From contig DASQZM010000008.1 of assembly GCA_035638695.1 (NCBI GenBank), positions 252-64,251 of the forward strand: 64,000 nucleotides of DNA, given 5' to 3'. Origin of the DNA: Gammaproteobacteria bacterium (GTDB taxonomy: Bacteria; Pseudomonadota; Gammaproteobacteria; UBA5335; SLRW01). Of the stretch, positions 1-9,155 are shown in pieces (the stretch's first letter is position 1; each line of letters starts with the position of its first letter). The notes beneath the pieces are model-generated. The model worked only from the letters and a program-made list of their open reading frames with translations. It searched no databases and was not told the origin of the DNA. Both the position numbers and the translations under genes were made by a program.

Positions 1-40
1 GCCACCAGACGACTTTCAGTACGGCATACAGTTCCATCAT
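1..40 (-). CDS. cydB: cytochrome bd ubiquinol oxidase subunit II, first 13 codons only (runs off window)
   Basis: Minus-strand ATG at 40, GGAGAAG RBS, 19 nt after the cydA stop. MMELYAVLKVVWW resembles CydB N-termini. cydA-cydB synteny. Confidence 0.55.
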   Translation of the reverse strand, partial: MMELYAVLKVVWW

Positions 41-59
41 GCTTCTCCTGCCGCGAGGC

Positions 60-1622
60 TCAGGATGCGTAGCCGGCCGCGCCCCCGTCGGGGCCCGCAT
101 CGGGTGCCTGCGGGCCGCGCCGGATGGCCCGCACCATCAGATACATCTCCACCACGATGAACACGCTGTAGATGAGCACGAATCCGGCCAGCGAGAACGC
201 CATGTAGGCAACGCTGTGGGTGGACGCGGACATCCAGGTGGGAAGCACGCCGTACACGGTCCAGGGCTGGCGACCCAGCTCCGCGACCAGCCAGCCCACC
301 TCGCAGGCGAGGAACGGGACCGGGATGAACCACGGCGCGATCTTCAGCAGCCAGCGCTTCTCGGTGATGCGGTTGTTGAGCGAATACAGCGTCGCCAGGA
401 CCAGGAAGGCCAGCATGGCGAAGCCCGCCGCCACCATGATGCGGAACGACCAGAAGATCACCGGAACGTTGGGGATGGTGTCGCGAGCCGCCTGCCGGAT
501 CTGTGCCGGGGTCGCCTTGCCCGGATCGGGTGCGTAACGCTCGACCAGGAAGCCGTAGCCGAGGTCCTTGCGATGGGCCCGGAAGCGGGCCAGGGCGGCC
601 TGGTCGTGGGGATCGCCGGCGAGCGTGCGCAGCGCCATGACCGCCGGGATGCCGTTGCGGATACGGGCGGCGGCGCGCTGCTCCAGGGTGTCGGCACCCG
701 GAATGGGCGTATCCATGGTGCGGGTGACCAGCGGCGTGAGCAGGCCCGGGATCTTCACGGCCGCCAGGTTGCGCTGCTCCTTCTGGTCGGGGATCGCGAA
801 CACGCTGAAGCCCGCCGGCGGCTCGGCGGTATGCCATAGCGCCTCCATGGCCACCAGCTTGTGCGGCTGGTTGCTGCCGTCAATGAATCCCAGGGCGTCG
901 CCCAGGCTGATCACGCCGATGCTGGCGAACACCCCGAACAGCACCGCGATGCGAAAGGAACGCTTGGCGATCTCCATGTGCCGGTTGCGCAGCATGTACC
1001 AGGCGCTGATGCCGGCGACGAAGATCGCCGCGGTGACGTAGCCGGCGATACTCGTATGCACGAACTTGGCCTGGGCGTCCGGGTTGAAGATCAGCTCGGT
1101 GAAACTGGTCAGCTGCATACGCATGGTGACGGGATCGAAGGTCGCCCCGTGCGGCACCTGCATGAAGCTGTTGGCGATCAGGATCCACAACGCCGACAGG
1201 TTGGAGCCGAGCGCCACCATGTAGGTGACCAGCAGATGCTTGCCCCGGCTCATGCGGTCCCAGCCGAAGATCATCAGCCCGACGAAGGTCGATTCGAGGA
1301 AGAACGCCATCAGGCCCTCGATCGCCAGCGGTGCACCGAACACGTCGCCGACGAAGCGCGAGTACATCGACCAGTTGGTGCCGAACTCGAACTCCATGGT
1401 GAGACCGGTGGCCACGCCCAGGGCGAAGTTGATCGCGAACAGAGTGCCCCAGAACTTGGCCATGTCCCGGTAGATCTGTCTCCCGGTCGTGACGTAGACG
1501 GTCTCCATCGCCGCCAGCAGGAAGCTGAGGCCGAGCGTCAGGGGCACGAACAGGAAGTGATAGAGCGCGGTGGCCGCGAACTGCCAGCGCGACAGGTCGA
1601 CCACGGTCTGCAGGTCATGCAT
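60..1622 (-). CDS. cydA: cytochrome bd ubiquinol oxidase subunit I
   Basis: 520-aa ORF. N-terminus MHDLQTVVDLSRWQFAATALYHFLFVPLTLGL and GRQPW motif are typical of CydA. Confidence 0.95.
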   Translation of the reverse strand: MHDLQTVVDLSRWQFAATALYHFLFVPLTLGLSFLLAAMETVYVTTGRQIYRDMAKFWGTLFAINFALGVATGLTMEFEFGTNWSMYSRFVGDVFGAPLAIEGLMAFFLESTFVGLMIFGWDRMSRGKHLLVTYMVALGSNLSALWILIANSFMQVPHGATFDPVTMRMQLTSFTELIFNPDAQAKFVHTSIAGYVTAAIFVAGISAWYMLRNRHMEIAKRSFRIAVLFGVFASIGVISLGDALGFIDGSNQPHKLVAMEALWHTAEPPAGFSVFAIPDQKEQRNLAAVKIPGLLTPLVTRTMDTPIPGADTLEQRAAARIRNGIPAVMALRTLAGDPHDQAALARFRAHRKDLGYGFLVERYAPDPGKATPAQIRQAARDTIPNVPVIFWSFRIMVAAGFAMLAFLVLATLYSLNNRITEKRWLLKIAPWFIPVPFLACEVGWLVAELGRQPWTVYGVLPTWMSASTHSVAYMAFSLAGFVLIYSVFIVVEMYLMVRAIRRGPQAPDAGPDGGAAGYAS

Positions 1623-1630
1623 GAGAAGGG

Positions 1631-1765
1631 CCTCGTTTCCGACAGGGGCGATGCTATCGGGCGCCCGGCGCGGGAATCTTGACCTGCGTCAAAAGGCGAT
1701 CGATCGGGGCGGCGGGCAGGGCCACGGGACTCCGAAACGTGGCGTTACCCCTTGTCCGGTTAGTA
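1631..1765 (+). repeat. short (~135 bp) copy A of the palindromic MITE-like repeat family
   Basis: Right end GTGGCGTTACCCCTTGTCCGGTTAGTA (1739-1765) matches the family terminus. Weaker inverted partner CGTTTCCGACAGGGGCGATGCTA at 1634-1656. Confidence 0.5.
1651..1692 (-). promoter_or_regulatory. candidate FNR/Anr-dependent (class II) promoter of cydAB
   Basis: Perfect palindrome TTGAC-CTGC-GTCAA at 1679-1692. Minus-strand -10-like TAGCAT at 1656-1651. If the TSS is ~1644, the box centre is about 41.5 nt upstream of it. Confidence 0.5.
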
Positions 1766-1834
1766 GAATGGGCAACCAGTTTGTCACCGCTCCGCGTGCC
1801 GCGGGGTCGACTTCTTGCGAAATCGAGGCAGCGA

Positions 1835-2689
1835 ATGGCTGAAACCAGACGATTTGAAGGTACCGACACCTACGTCGCCACCGAAGAGCTGATGATGGCG
1901 ATGAACGCGGCGATCACGCTGCAGCGTCCCCTGCTGGTCAAGGGCGAGCCGGGTACCGGCAAGACCATGCTGGCCGAGGAGGTGGCGCGGGCGTTGGGAC
2001 TGCCGCTCTACCAGTGGCACATCAAGTCCACCTCCAAGGCCCAGCAGGGGCTGTACGAGTACGACGCGGTCTCGCGGCTGCGCGACTCGCAGCTGGGCGA
2101 GGAGAAGGTCCACGAGATCTCGAACTACATCGTCCAGGGTCCGCTGTGGCGCTCGTTCGAGTCGGACGAGCAGCCGGTGCTGCTGATCGACGAGGTCGAC
2201 AAGGCGGACATCGAGTTCCCCAACGACCTGCTGCGCGAGCTGGACCGCATGGAGTTCTACGTCTACGAGACGCAGCAGCTGGTGCAGGCGAAGTACCGTC
2301 CGATCATCATCATCACCAGCAACAACGAGAAGGAGCTGCCGGACGCGTTCCTGCGCCGGTGTTTCTTTCACTACATCCGCTTCCCGGACAGGGAGACGAT
2401 GCAGGAGATCGTCGACGTGCACTTCCCGGGTCTGAAGCAGGACCTGGTGCGCGAGGCGATGGAGGTGTTCTTCGACCTGCGGGAAGTCCCGGGCCTGAAG
2501 AAGAAGCCCTCGACCTCGGAGCTGCTGGATTGGCTCAAGCTGCTGATGGCCGAGGACATTCCCCCGGAGGCGCTGCGCGGGAAGGACGCCAGCAAGGCGA
2601 TCCCGCCGCTGTACGGCGCGATGCTCAAGAACGAGCAGGACGTACAGCTGTTCGAACGCCTCGCGTTCATGGCTCGTCGCCAGGCCTGA
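1835..2689 (+). CDS. MoxR-family AAA+ ATPase (AAA_5/CoxD-like)
   Basis: Walker A GEPGTGKT, Walker B LLIDEVD. Start moved to ATG 1835 (MAETRRFEG). Confidence 0.9.
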   Translation: MAETRRFEGTDTYVATEELMMAMNAAITLQRPLLVKGEPGTGKTMLAEEVARALGLPLYQWHIKSTSKAQQGLYEYDAVSRLRDSQLGEEKVHEISNYIVQGPLWRSFESDEQPVLLIDEVDKADIEFPNDLLRELDRMEFYVYETQQLVQAKYRPIIIITSNNEKELPDAFLRRCFFHYIRFPDRETMQEIVDVHFPGLKQDLVREAMEVFFDLREVPGLKKKPSTSELLDWLKLLMAEDIPPEALRGKDASKAIPPLYGAMLKNEQDVQLFERLAFMARRQA

Positions 2690-2758
2690 CTCCTCCCGCC
2701 TATGCCGCCGTAACCGGCGGCGCCTGACGGTCGGGCGCGACCACCGAGGGGAAAGCGC

Positions 2759-3937
2759 ATGCTGATCGACTTCTTCTTCACGCTCAGGGGCGCGGGTCTG
2801 CCGGTCTCCATTACCGAGTACCTGACCATGCTGGAGGCGCTGAAGGCGCGCATCGTCTCCTGCAGCGTGGACGACTTCTACTTCCTCGCCCGCGCCAGCC
2901 TGATCAAGGACGAGACCCAGTACGACAAGTTCGATCGCGTCTTCGGCGCGTACTTCCGCGGCATCGAGGACCTCGCCCGGCTGATGGTCGAGAAGGAGAT
3001 CCCCGCGGACTGGCTGGCGCGGCAGGCGGAGCTCAACCTCTCCGACGAGGAGAAGGCGATGATCGAGTCCATGGGCGGCTGGGACAAGCTCATGGAAGAG
3101 CTGCGCAAGCGCCTGGAAGAGCAGCGAGAGCGCCACCAGGGCGGCAACCGGATGATCGGTACCGCCGGTACCTCGCCCTTCGGCGCCTACGGCTACAATC
3201 CTGAGGGGATCCGCATCGGCCAGGCGGGCGGACGCAACCGCAGCGCCGTGAAGGTCTGGGACAAGCGCGAGTTCCGCAATCTCGACGACACCGTCGAGCT
3301 CGGTACCCGCAACATCAAGGTCGCGCTCAAGCGCCTGCGCGAGTTTGCCCGCGAGGGCACCGAGCTGGAGCTGGACCTCGACGACACCATCCGCTCGACC
3401 GCCCGCAACGGCGGGTACCTGGACATCCGCATGGTCCCGGAGCGGCACAACCGGGTGAAGGTGCTGCTGTTTCTCGACGTCGGCGGCTCCATGGACGAGC
3501 ACGTGCGCGCCTGCGAGGAGCTGTTCTCGGCGGCACGCAGCGAGCTGAAGCACATGGAGTATTTCTACTTCCACAACTTCATCTACGAATCGGTGTGGAA
3601 GGACAACCGCCGCCGGCACAGTGACCGGATCCCGATCGCCCGGATCCTCAACACCTACGACCGGGACTACAAGGTGATCGTCGTGGGTGACGCGACCATG
3701 AGTCCCTATGAGATCCTGTATGCCGGTGGCAGCATCGAGCACATGAACGAGGAGACCGGGGCGACCTGGCTGAAGCGCCTGCTGGAGCACTTCGACCACG
3801 TGGTATGGCTCAACCCCGAGCCGGAGCGCCGCTGGGAGCATACCCCGTCGCTGCAGATCACGCGGGAGTTGATGGAGGACCGGATGTACCCGCTGACCAT
3901 CGAGGGCCTGACGCGCGCCATGCGCGCGCTCAAGTGA
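2759..3937 (+). CDS. VWA domain-containing protein (CoxE-like partner of the MoxR ATPase)
   Basis: 392 aa. N-terminus MLIDFFFTLRGAGLPVSITEYL. MIDAS-like LFLDVGGSM. Lies directly downstream of the MoxR gene. Confidence 0.85.
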   Translation: MLIDFFFTLRGAGLPVSITEYLTMLEALKARIVSCSVDDFYFLARASLIKDETQYDKFDRVFGAYFRGIEDLARLMVEKEIPADWLARQAELNLSDEEKAMIESMGGWDKLMEELRKRLEEQRERHQGGNRMIGTAGTSPFGAYGYNPEGIRIGQAGGRNRSAVKVWDKREFRNLDDTVELGTRNIKVALKRLREFAREGTELELDLDDTIRSTARNGGYLDIRMVPERHNRVKVLLFLDVGGSMDEHVRACEELFSAARSELKHMEYFYFHNFIYESVWKDNRRRHSDRIPIARILNTYDRDYKVIVVGDATMSPYEILYAGGSIEHMNEETGATWLKRLLEHFDHVVWLNPEPERRWEHTPSLQITRELMEDRMYPLTIEGLTRAMRALK

Positions 3938-3958
3938 CGGCTCCCGGGGGGGCTCGCC

Positions 3959-5314
3959 TCAGGCGTCCTCGACGTGCCGGAGCAGCTCTCCCGGCTGCAG
4001 GCCGTAGGCACCCGTCTCGAGCGAACGCTTGATGTCCAGCCGCTGGCCCGTGCGGGTCTGCGGGGTGCGGGAGAGATCCACCTCGTAGGGCGCGTCGAGA
4101 CGATGGTGCTCCTCGTCGAGCACCACCAGGACCTTCGGCCGCAGGCGCTCCTCATTGGTCGCCACGACCACGCCTACCTCCTCGGTGCTGAGCTCCACCA
4201 GGCTGCCGATCGGATAGATGCCGATGCAGCGGATGAACCGGTCCACGAGCTCAGGTTCGAAGAACCGTCCCCGGCCCCGGTACAGGGCCGCCGTGGCGTT
4301 AACCGGCGAGCTGGCTTTCTTGTAGGGGCGCTGGCTGATGATCGCATCGTAGGTGTCGCACACCGACACGATGTGAGTCAGCGGGTGGATCTGGCCGCCC
4401 GCCACCCCTTCCGTGTAGCCACTGCCGTCGAGGCGCTCGTGGTGAGAGAAGACTACGTTGCGGCTGCTGACAGGGACGCGCTCGGAGCCGTCGACGATCT
4501 CCACGCCGAACTCCGGGTGCTTGCGCATGATCTCCATTTCCTGCGCGGTCAGCTGTCCCGGCTTGTTCAGCACGCTGTCCGGGATATGCATCTTCCCGAT
4601 GTCATGCAGGAACGCACCGAAACCCAGTTCCAGCAGGGTTTCCCGGGGCAGGCCCAGGTGCCGGCCGAGGGATATGCTGAGGATGCACACCGACAGTGAG
4701 TGGAGGTAGGTATACTCGTCGCGCCTCTTGAGCCCCGACAGCCAGACCAGGGCGTCGGGATTGCGCAGGATGCTCTCGGTGATGTATTCGACCGATTCGC
4801 GCGCGGCCCGCGTATCGAGGCTGCGCCCGTTGCGCGCATCCTCCATCTGCCGCCGCACCAGGCTGCGGGTTTCCAGGATCAGCGGGCGCGCGGCGCGGAC
4901 TTCCTGGTCCAGGGAAGTGGTCACGGGGGGCGGATGCTGGGGTGCCCGGCCCAGCTGCCGGGCCAGCCTCGCCTCCCAGGGAACGGCGCGTGTGAATCCG
5001 TTGCCACGCTCGCGGCGGGAAACCGGCTGGATCCTGCGGATTGCGCTCGGCGCGGTGCCGCGCTCCGCCGGGTGCGCCACCGCCCCGCCGGGACCGCGGG
5101 TCTGGGCGCCGGCCGTGGGCGGAGCCTCCCCGGCGTGCACGTAAACATACCGGCAGGTGCTCTGCACTTCCGCGACCTGTTGCCAGTTCTCCAGCACGAA
5201 TCCCTGGAAGGGAAACGGAGACTCCAGCCAGGGGCGGTCCAGGCGTGACACGTACATCCCCGGCATCAGGTCCGAAACGTATACCTTGCGTTCTTCGCTC
5301 ACGTCCGACTCCAT
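3959..5314 (-). CDS. HD-GYP domain phosphodiesterase with DUF3391-like N-terminus
   Basis: HDIGK and HHERLDGSGY motifs. Start taken at MESDVSEERKVYVSDLMPGMYV. Confidence 0.85.
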   Translation of the reverse strand: MESDVSEERKVYVSDLMPGMYVSRLDRPWLESPFPFQGFVLENWQQVAEVQSTCRYVYVHAGEAPPTAGAQTRGPGGAVAHPAERGTAPSAIRRIQPVSRRERGNGFTRAVPWEARLARQLGRAPQHPPPVTTSLDQEVRAARPLILETRSLVRRQMEDARNGRSLDTRAARESVEYITESILRNPDALVWLSGLKRRDEYTYLHSLSVCILSISLGRHLGLPRETLLELGFGAFLHDIGKMHIPDSVLNKPGQLTAQEMEIMRKHPEFGVEIVDGSERVPVSSRNVVFSHHERLDGSGYTEGVAGGQIHPLTHIVSVCDTYDAIISQRPYKKASSPVNATAALYRGRGRFFEPELVDRFIRCIGIYPIGSLVELSTEEVGVVVATNEERLRPKVLVVLDEEHHRLDAPYEVDLSRTPQTRTGQRLDIKRSLETGAYGLQPGELLRHVEDA

Positions 5315-5447
5315 GCTGGCCGCGGGGAGAACTTCCCGCGCCGCGACCCTGCGGACATCGTATGATATTTTAAGCGAATTCTGAACGCCCGCGCGCGCAT
5401 CCGGCCCCGTTTGGGGGGAACCCTGAATTCCGTGCCCGGAGGTCCCG

Positions 5448-6341
5448 TTGCGACAAGCATCTGGCGGTCGCCGGCTTTCGCCGGGCCAGCGCCTGCTCAA
5501 TCGCTTCCTGGTGTCGCGCCGCGGCTACCAGGTGATACCGGGCCGAGCCTACGGCCAGGATCCCGAGCATCGCCTCGACGTGTACCGGCCGCGACGCCCG
5601 GATGGCTCGGTCGTGGTGTTCTTTTACGGCGGCCGCTGGAGCCAGGGGCACCGGTCGGGGTACCGGTTCGTGGGTCAGGCCCTGACGTCGCTCGGGATCA
5701 CGGTTGTCGTCCCGGATTACCGCTTGTATCCGGCGGTACGCTTCCCCGCCTTCATGCATGACGCCGCCGCGGCGGTGGCCTGGACCTTCGAACATGCCGG
5801 AGAGGTCGGCGCGAATCCGGGACGGGTCGTGCTGATGGGGCACTCGGCGGGCGCCCACATCGCCTCGTTGCTGGCGCTGGATGCGGGTTATCTGAACGCG
5901 GTTGGCCGGTCGCCACGTGAGCTCGCCGGTGTCGTGGGGCTGGCCGGCCCCTATGACTTCCTGCCGCTGCGCGAGCCCGATCTAAGGGACATCTTCGGAC
6001 CGGAAGCGAGGCAGCCGCTGTCGCAGCCGATCAACTTCGCCAGCGGCGCCGCACCGCCATTCCTGCTGCTCACGGGCGGGCGTGACCGTGCCGTGAGCCC
6101 GGACAACAGCGAGCGCCTCTGGCGCCGGCTCACGGAGCAGGGCGCCCGGGCGCGCGTGGTGTTCTACCGGCGCCTGACGCACATTACGCTGATGGCGGCC
6201 CTGGCCGCTCCGCTGCGGATGCTCGGTCCGGTGTTGCCGGAGATCGGCGAGTTCGTCCGGCAGGCCGCCGTAGGCGGGGTGCTGCCGGACGACTTCGGAC
6301 GCGTTCCGGTGGAGCGGCAGGCAGGCCACCGGGCGGCGTGA
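5448..6341 (+). CDS. alpha/beta hydrolase (esterase/lipase type)
   Basis: Nucleophile elbow GHSAGAH and FFYGGRW oxyanion region. TTG start is uncertain. Confidence 0.75.
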   Translation: MRQASGGRRLSPGQRLLNRFLVSRRGYQVIPGRAYGQDPEHRLDVYRPRRPDGSVVVFFYGGRWSQGHRSGYRFVGQALTSLGITVVVPDYRLYPAVRFPAFMHDAAAAVAWTFEHAGEVGANPGRVVLMGHSAGAHIASLLALDAGYLNAVGRSPRELAGVVGLAGPYDFLPLREPDLRDIFGPEARQPLSQPINFASGAAPPFLLLTGGRDRAVSPDNSERLWRRLTEQGARARVVFYRRLTHITLMAALAAPLRMLGPVLPEIGEFVRQAAVGGVLPDDFGRVPVERQAGHRAA

Positions 6342-6369
6342 CCGGCGCGGTGGCCACGCCGCCTGCAGC

Positions 6370-7152
6370 TCATTCGCGGAAGGATGGATCCTTGCTGTCC
6401 AGCAGGCGGATCAGTCCCGGCCAGACCAGGGGCCCGGCCTTGGTCAGGCCCGCCTCGGACTGTGCCTTCGTGGTTTCGATGGCCTCACGCGAGGGGTAGT
6501 GCACCGTGCCTGCGGCCTGCGCCCGGACCTGCTTTTCGCAGGCGTTTTCCAAAAAATACATCAGCACGAACGCCTCCGGTACGGTCTTTCCGACGGTCAG
6601 GGTGCCGTGGTTGCGCAGGATCATGATGTCCTTGTCCCCCAGGTCCCGGACCAGGCGCTCGCGCTCGCCCAGGTCCAGGGCGACGCCCTCGTACTCGTGA
6701 TAGGCGATGCGGTTGTACACCAGCATGGCGGTTTGGGTCAGCGGCAGCAGGCCATCGCGCTGGGCCGACACCGCGGCGCCCGCGTTGTTGTGCAGGTGCA
6801 TCACGCTGCCGGCGTCCTTCTTCGCCATGTGGATGGCGCTGTGGATGGTGAAGCCTGCCGGGTTGATGCCGTAGTCGCTGTCGCCGACGATGTTGCCGTC
6901 CTTGTCCACCTTCACCAGAGAGGACGCGGTGATCTCGTGGAACATCATGCCGTAGGGGTTGATCAGGAAGTGTTCCTCCGGCCCGGGGACGCGTGCCGAC
7001 AGGTGGGTGAAGATCAGGTCGTCCCAGCCAAAATGCGCCACCAGCCGATAGGCGGCCGCGAGGTCGACGCGGACTTCCGACTCTTCCTGGCTGATTTCGC
7101 GTGACTTGCTGCGGCTCCGCCGGTTCATTGCCGTTGCCGTATTCGCACTCAT
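6370..7152 (-). CDS. class II aldolase/adducin family protein
   Basis: AAAYRLVAHFGWDDLIFTHLSARVPG and HLHNNAGAAVS motifs. Start taken at MSANTATAM. Confidence 0.85.
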   Translation of the reverse strand: MSANTATAMNRRSRSKSREISQEESEVRVDLAAAYRLVAHFGWDDLIFTHLSARVPGPEEHFLINPYGMMFHEITASSLVKVDKDGNIVGDSDYGINPAGFTIHSAIHMAKKDAGSVMHLHNNAGAAVSAQRDGLLPLTQTAMLVYNRIAYHEYEGVALDLGERERLVRDLGDKDIMILRNHGTLTVGKTVPEAFVLMYFLENACEKQVRAQAAGTVHYPSREAIETTKAQSEAGLTKAGPLVWPGLIRLLDSKDPSFRE

Positions 7153-7253
7153 GACGTCGTCCTCCCGGGGTCGTGTAATCGGGCGCGACCCGGCCGGCCG
7201 CCAGGCGGCCGCGTCGGGTATTGGACTCATTCTTGACCACTGGGCGGGCGGGT

Positions 7254-7418
7254 TCAACCGCACGCGGGGTGGCTGTCGTCCATTGTCGGGGACAGGGAGT
7301 TCTCCAGCACTCTCGGCAGGGCGCTGCGGCAGTCATGGTGCGGCAGGTGCCCGGCGCCGGGCACGACCACCTCCCGCGCGTGCGGGAAGCGGTCCCGGCG
7401 CCGGTCCAGCGACGACTC
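7254..7418 (-). pseudogene. remnant of an alpha/beta hydrolase C-terminus (no start codon, ~50 codons)
   Basis: Minus-strand frame reads LDRRRDRFPHAREVVVPGAGHLPHHDCRSALPRVLENSL, the classic catalytic-His region (PGAGH) of alpha/beta hydrolases. An in-frame stop lies 4 codons upstream. Confidence 0.35.
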
Positions 7419-7422
7419 TCAG

Positions 7423-8631
7423 TCAGTCCGCGCGCGGGCGAACGCGCCCGAGCGCCCGATCCAGCCGGTCGATGTCGTCCCGGCCGTGGTAGTGGGCAAG
7501 CGAAATGCGCAGCAGGCCGTCATGCCCCAGCGCCTGCACCAGGCGATCGGCGCGGAAGCGGCCGTAGCGGACCCCGATACCCTGCCCGGCCAGCGCCGGG
7601 GCGAGGCGGTCGGCGCCCCGGCCACTCACGGCGACGATCGGCGCCCGCGGCGCGCTCCCGTCCAGGGCCGGCCCCACCACGCGCAGCCCGTGGCGCTCGA
7701 GTACCGGTGCCAGCGCAGCCAGCAGCGCCTTCTCGTGACGCGCGATCGCGCGATAGCCGGCCGCGACGGCCGCCCGGCTGCCGAATGACGCCCGCGCGCC
7801 GGGGCCCGCGGCGAGCGTGGCGACGTGATCGGGAACCGCCGCGGCGGCGTACAGCGAAGCGTATTCGAAGGCACCGGCGGCGAGATGCGCGCTGCCTCCC
7901 GCCCCGGGAGCCACCCGGGGGGCCGCCGACGTCGCCAGCAGCGCGAGCTGCGGCCCGAAGCACTTGAACAGGCTCAGGACGTAGAAGTCCACCCCCAGCG
8001 ACGCCAGGTCCACGGCAAAATGCGGGGCATAGGCGGTGCCGTCGGCGCACACCGCAACGCCGGCGCGGTGTGCGCGCTCGACGATCCGGGCGAGCGGCAT
8101 GACGGCGCCAGTCACGTTGGAGCAGTGAGTCAGGCACAGCAGGCGCGTGTTGCGCCCGAGCAGCCCGTCCAGCGCGTCCGCCTCCAGCGGTCCGTCCGGG
8201 TGCGCGGGTCGCCACCAGCGTATGTGCACGCCGCGCTCCGCGAGCCTCAGCCAGGGGGTGATGTTGGCTTCGTGGTCGGCCGTGGTGACGACGATGCTGT
8301 CGCCCGCCCGCAGTGCCGGCGCGAGTGCTCCGGATAACCGCTCCAGCAGCGCCGTGACCGAGCCCGCCGCGTACAGCTGGCCACCGTCGGGGAGATTGAG
8401 GAAGCGTGCCAGCCGGTGACGGCTCCGTGCCAGCGCGCGCCCGGCCAGGCGGGATTCGTGATAGGGGCCGCCGAGCTGGGCCCGGCAACGGCGGGCGAAG
8501 GCGTCCGCGCGCTCCAGGCACGCCGCCAGGGCCCGCGACCCGGCGGCGGCGTCGAGATTGACGTCTCGCGGCGTGTCCCCGAAACGGCCCGCTGGCGTGA
8601 GGCCCGTCGCCTGCCCGTGATGCGTGTTCAT
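7423..8631 (-). CDS. aminotransferase class V / cysteine desulfurase-like PLP enzyme
   Basis: HCSNVTGAVMP and LSLFKCFG (PLP lysine) motifs. Start taken at MNTHHGQATG. Confidence 0.8.
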   Translation of the reverse strand: MNTHHGQATGLTPAGRFGDTPRDVNLDAAAGSRALAACLERADAFARRCRAQLGGPYHESRLAGRALARSRHRLARFLNLPDGGQLYAAGSVTALLERLSGALAPALRAGDSIVVTTADHEANITPWLRLAERGVHIRWWRPAHPDGPLEADALDGLLGRNTRLLCLTHCSNVTGAVMPLARIVERAHRAGVAVCADGTAYAPHFAVDLASLGVDFYVLSLFKCFGPQLALLATSAAPRVAPGAGGSAHLAAGAFEYASLYAAAAVPDHVATLAAGPGARASFGSRAAVAAGYRAIARHEKALLAALAPVLERHGLRVVGPALDGSAPRAPIVAVSGRGADRLAPALAGQGIGVRYGRFRADRLVQALGHDGLLRISLAHYHGRDDIDRLDRALGRVRPRAD

Positions 8632-8716
8632 GCGCCGGCCCGCTCCGGCCGAGTCCCCGTGTCCGACATGGCAGGCCAGTGTATCAGCCCGCGCCGGTGC
8701 TACCGCTACCGCACGA

Positions 8717-9026
8717 GCACAACCGGGAAGAGAGGTACATGTCCGACAAGATTCGGGCCCGGTAGGATCGGAAAGGCCAACGTGGCGATCATCGTTGGGG
8801 CCAGCGGGGCGTGGGCGAAGCCATGGCCGGCCGCCCGGGTGGGTGGGTGCCGGCGTGCTGGTCGGCAGCTGCCGCCCGGACCCCGTGGACGCGGCCGCCG
8901 GGCGGGTGCGGCGCGATCGGCTCGAGGACAGCCCCATCCCGCGTCACGCCGGCGATGCCGCATCCGGGCGTTGCTCGCTGTAGCAGCACGCTCCGAAGCG
9001 TGGCATTACCTCTGACCGGGTTAGTA
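8717..9026 (+). repeat. diverged ~310-bp copy B of the MITE-like repeat family
   Basis: Right end GTGGCATTACCTCTGACCGGGTTAGTA (9000-9026). Degenerate left end GCACAACCGGGAAGAGAGGTACATGTCC (8717-8744). Internal blocks (GCGAAG, CCCCGT..GGACG, TGTAGC) occur in the same order as in copy D. Confidence 0.5.
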
Positions 9027-9155
9027 TCATGCCGGAAGTCGGCGGTGCCGGGCGGATCCCCGCGCGACGCCGCCTCGTCACCCGGATGTTCGCCGGGCGC
9101 CGCCGCCGGGGCTGTGTTCCGGGGCGGTGGGTAACCGACTGGAGGTACCCCCACC

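Noticed and set aside
1784-3841. 685-aa minus-strand ORF. Similar long ORFs are at 59159-61996 (945 aa), 45640-47100, 35205-36758, 32158-33840, 21372-22616, 55631-57190, 42497-43588, 19919-21025 and 30275-31438.
   Set aside because: They lie antisense or off-frame to genes with unambiguous conserved motifs. Their translations are Arg/Pro/Gly/Ala-rich and low in complexity. These are typical shadow ORFs of high-GC DNA.
9000-9016. TGGCAT-N-CTGAC inside the repeat terminus as a sigma54 (-24/-12) promoter.
   Set aside because: GG is present, but the -12 position reads GA (or is shifted by 1 nt in copy A) instead of the essential GC. It does not fit TGGCAC-N5-TTGC.
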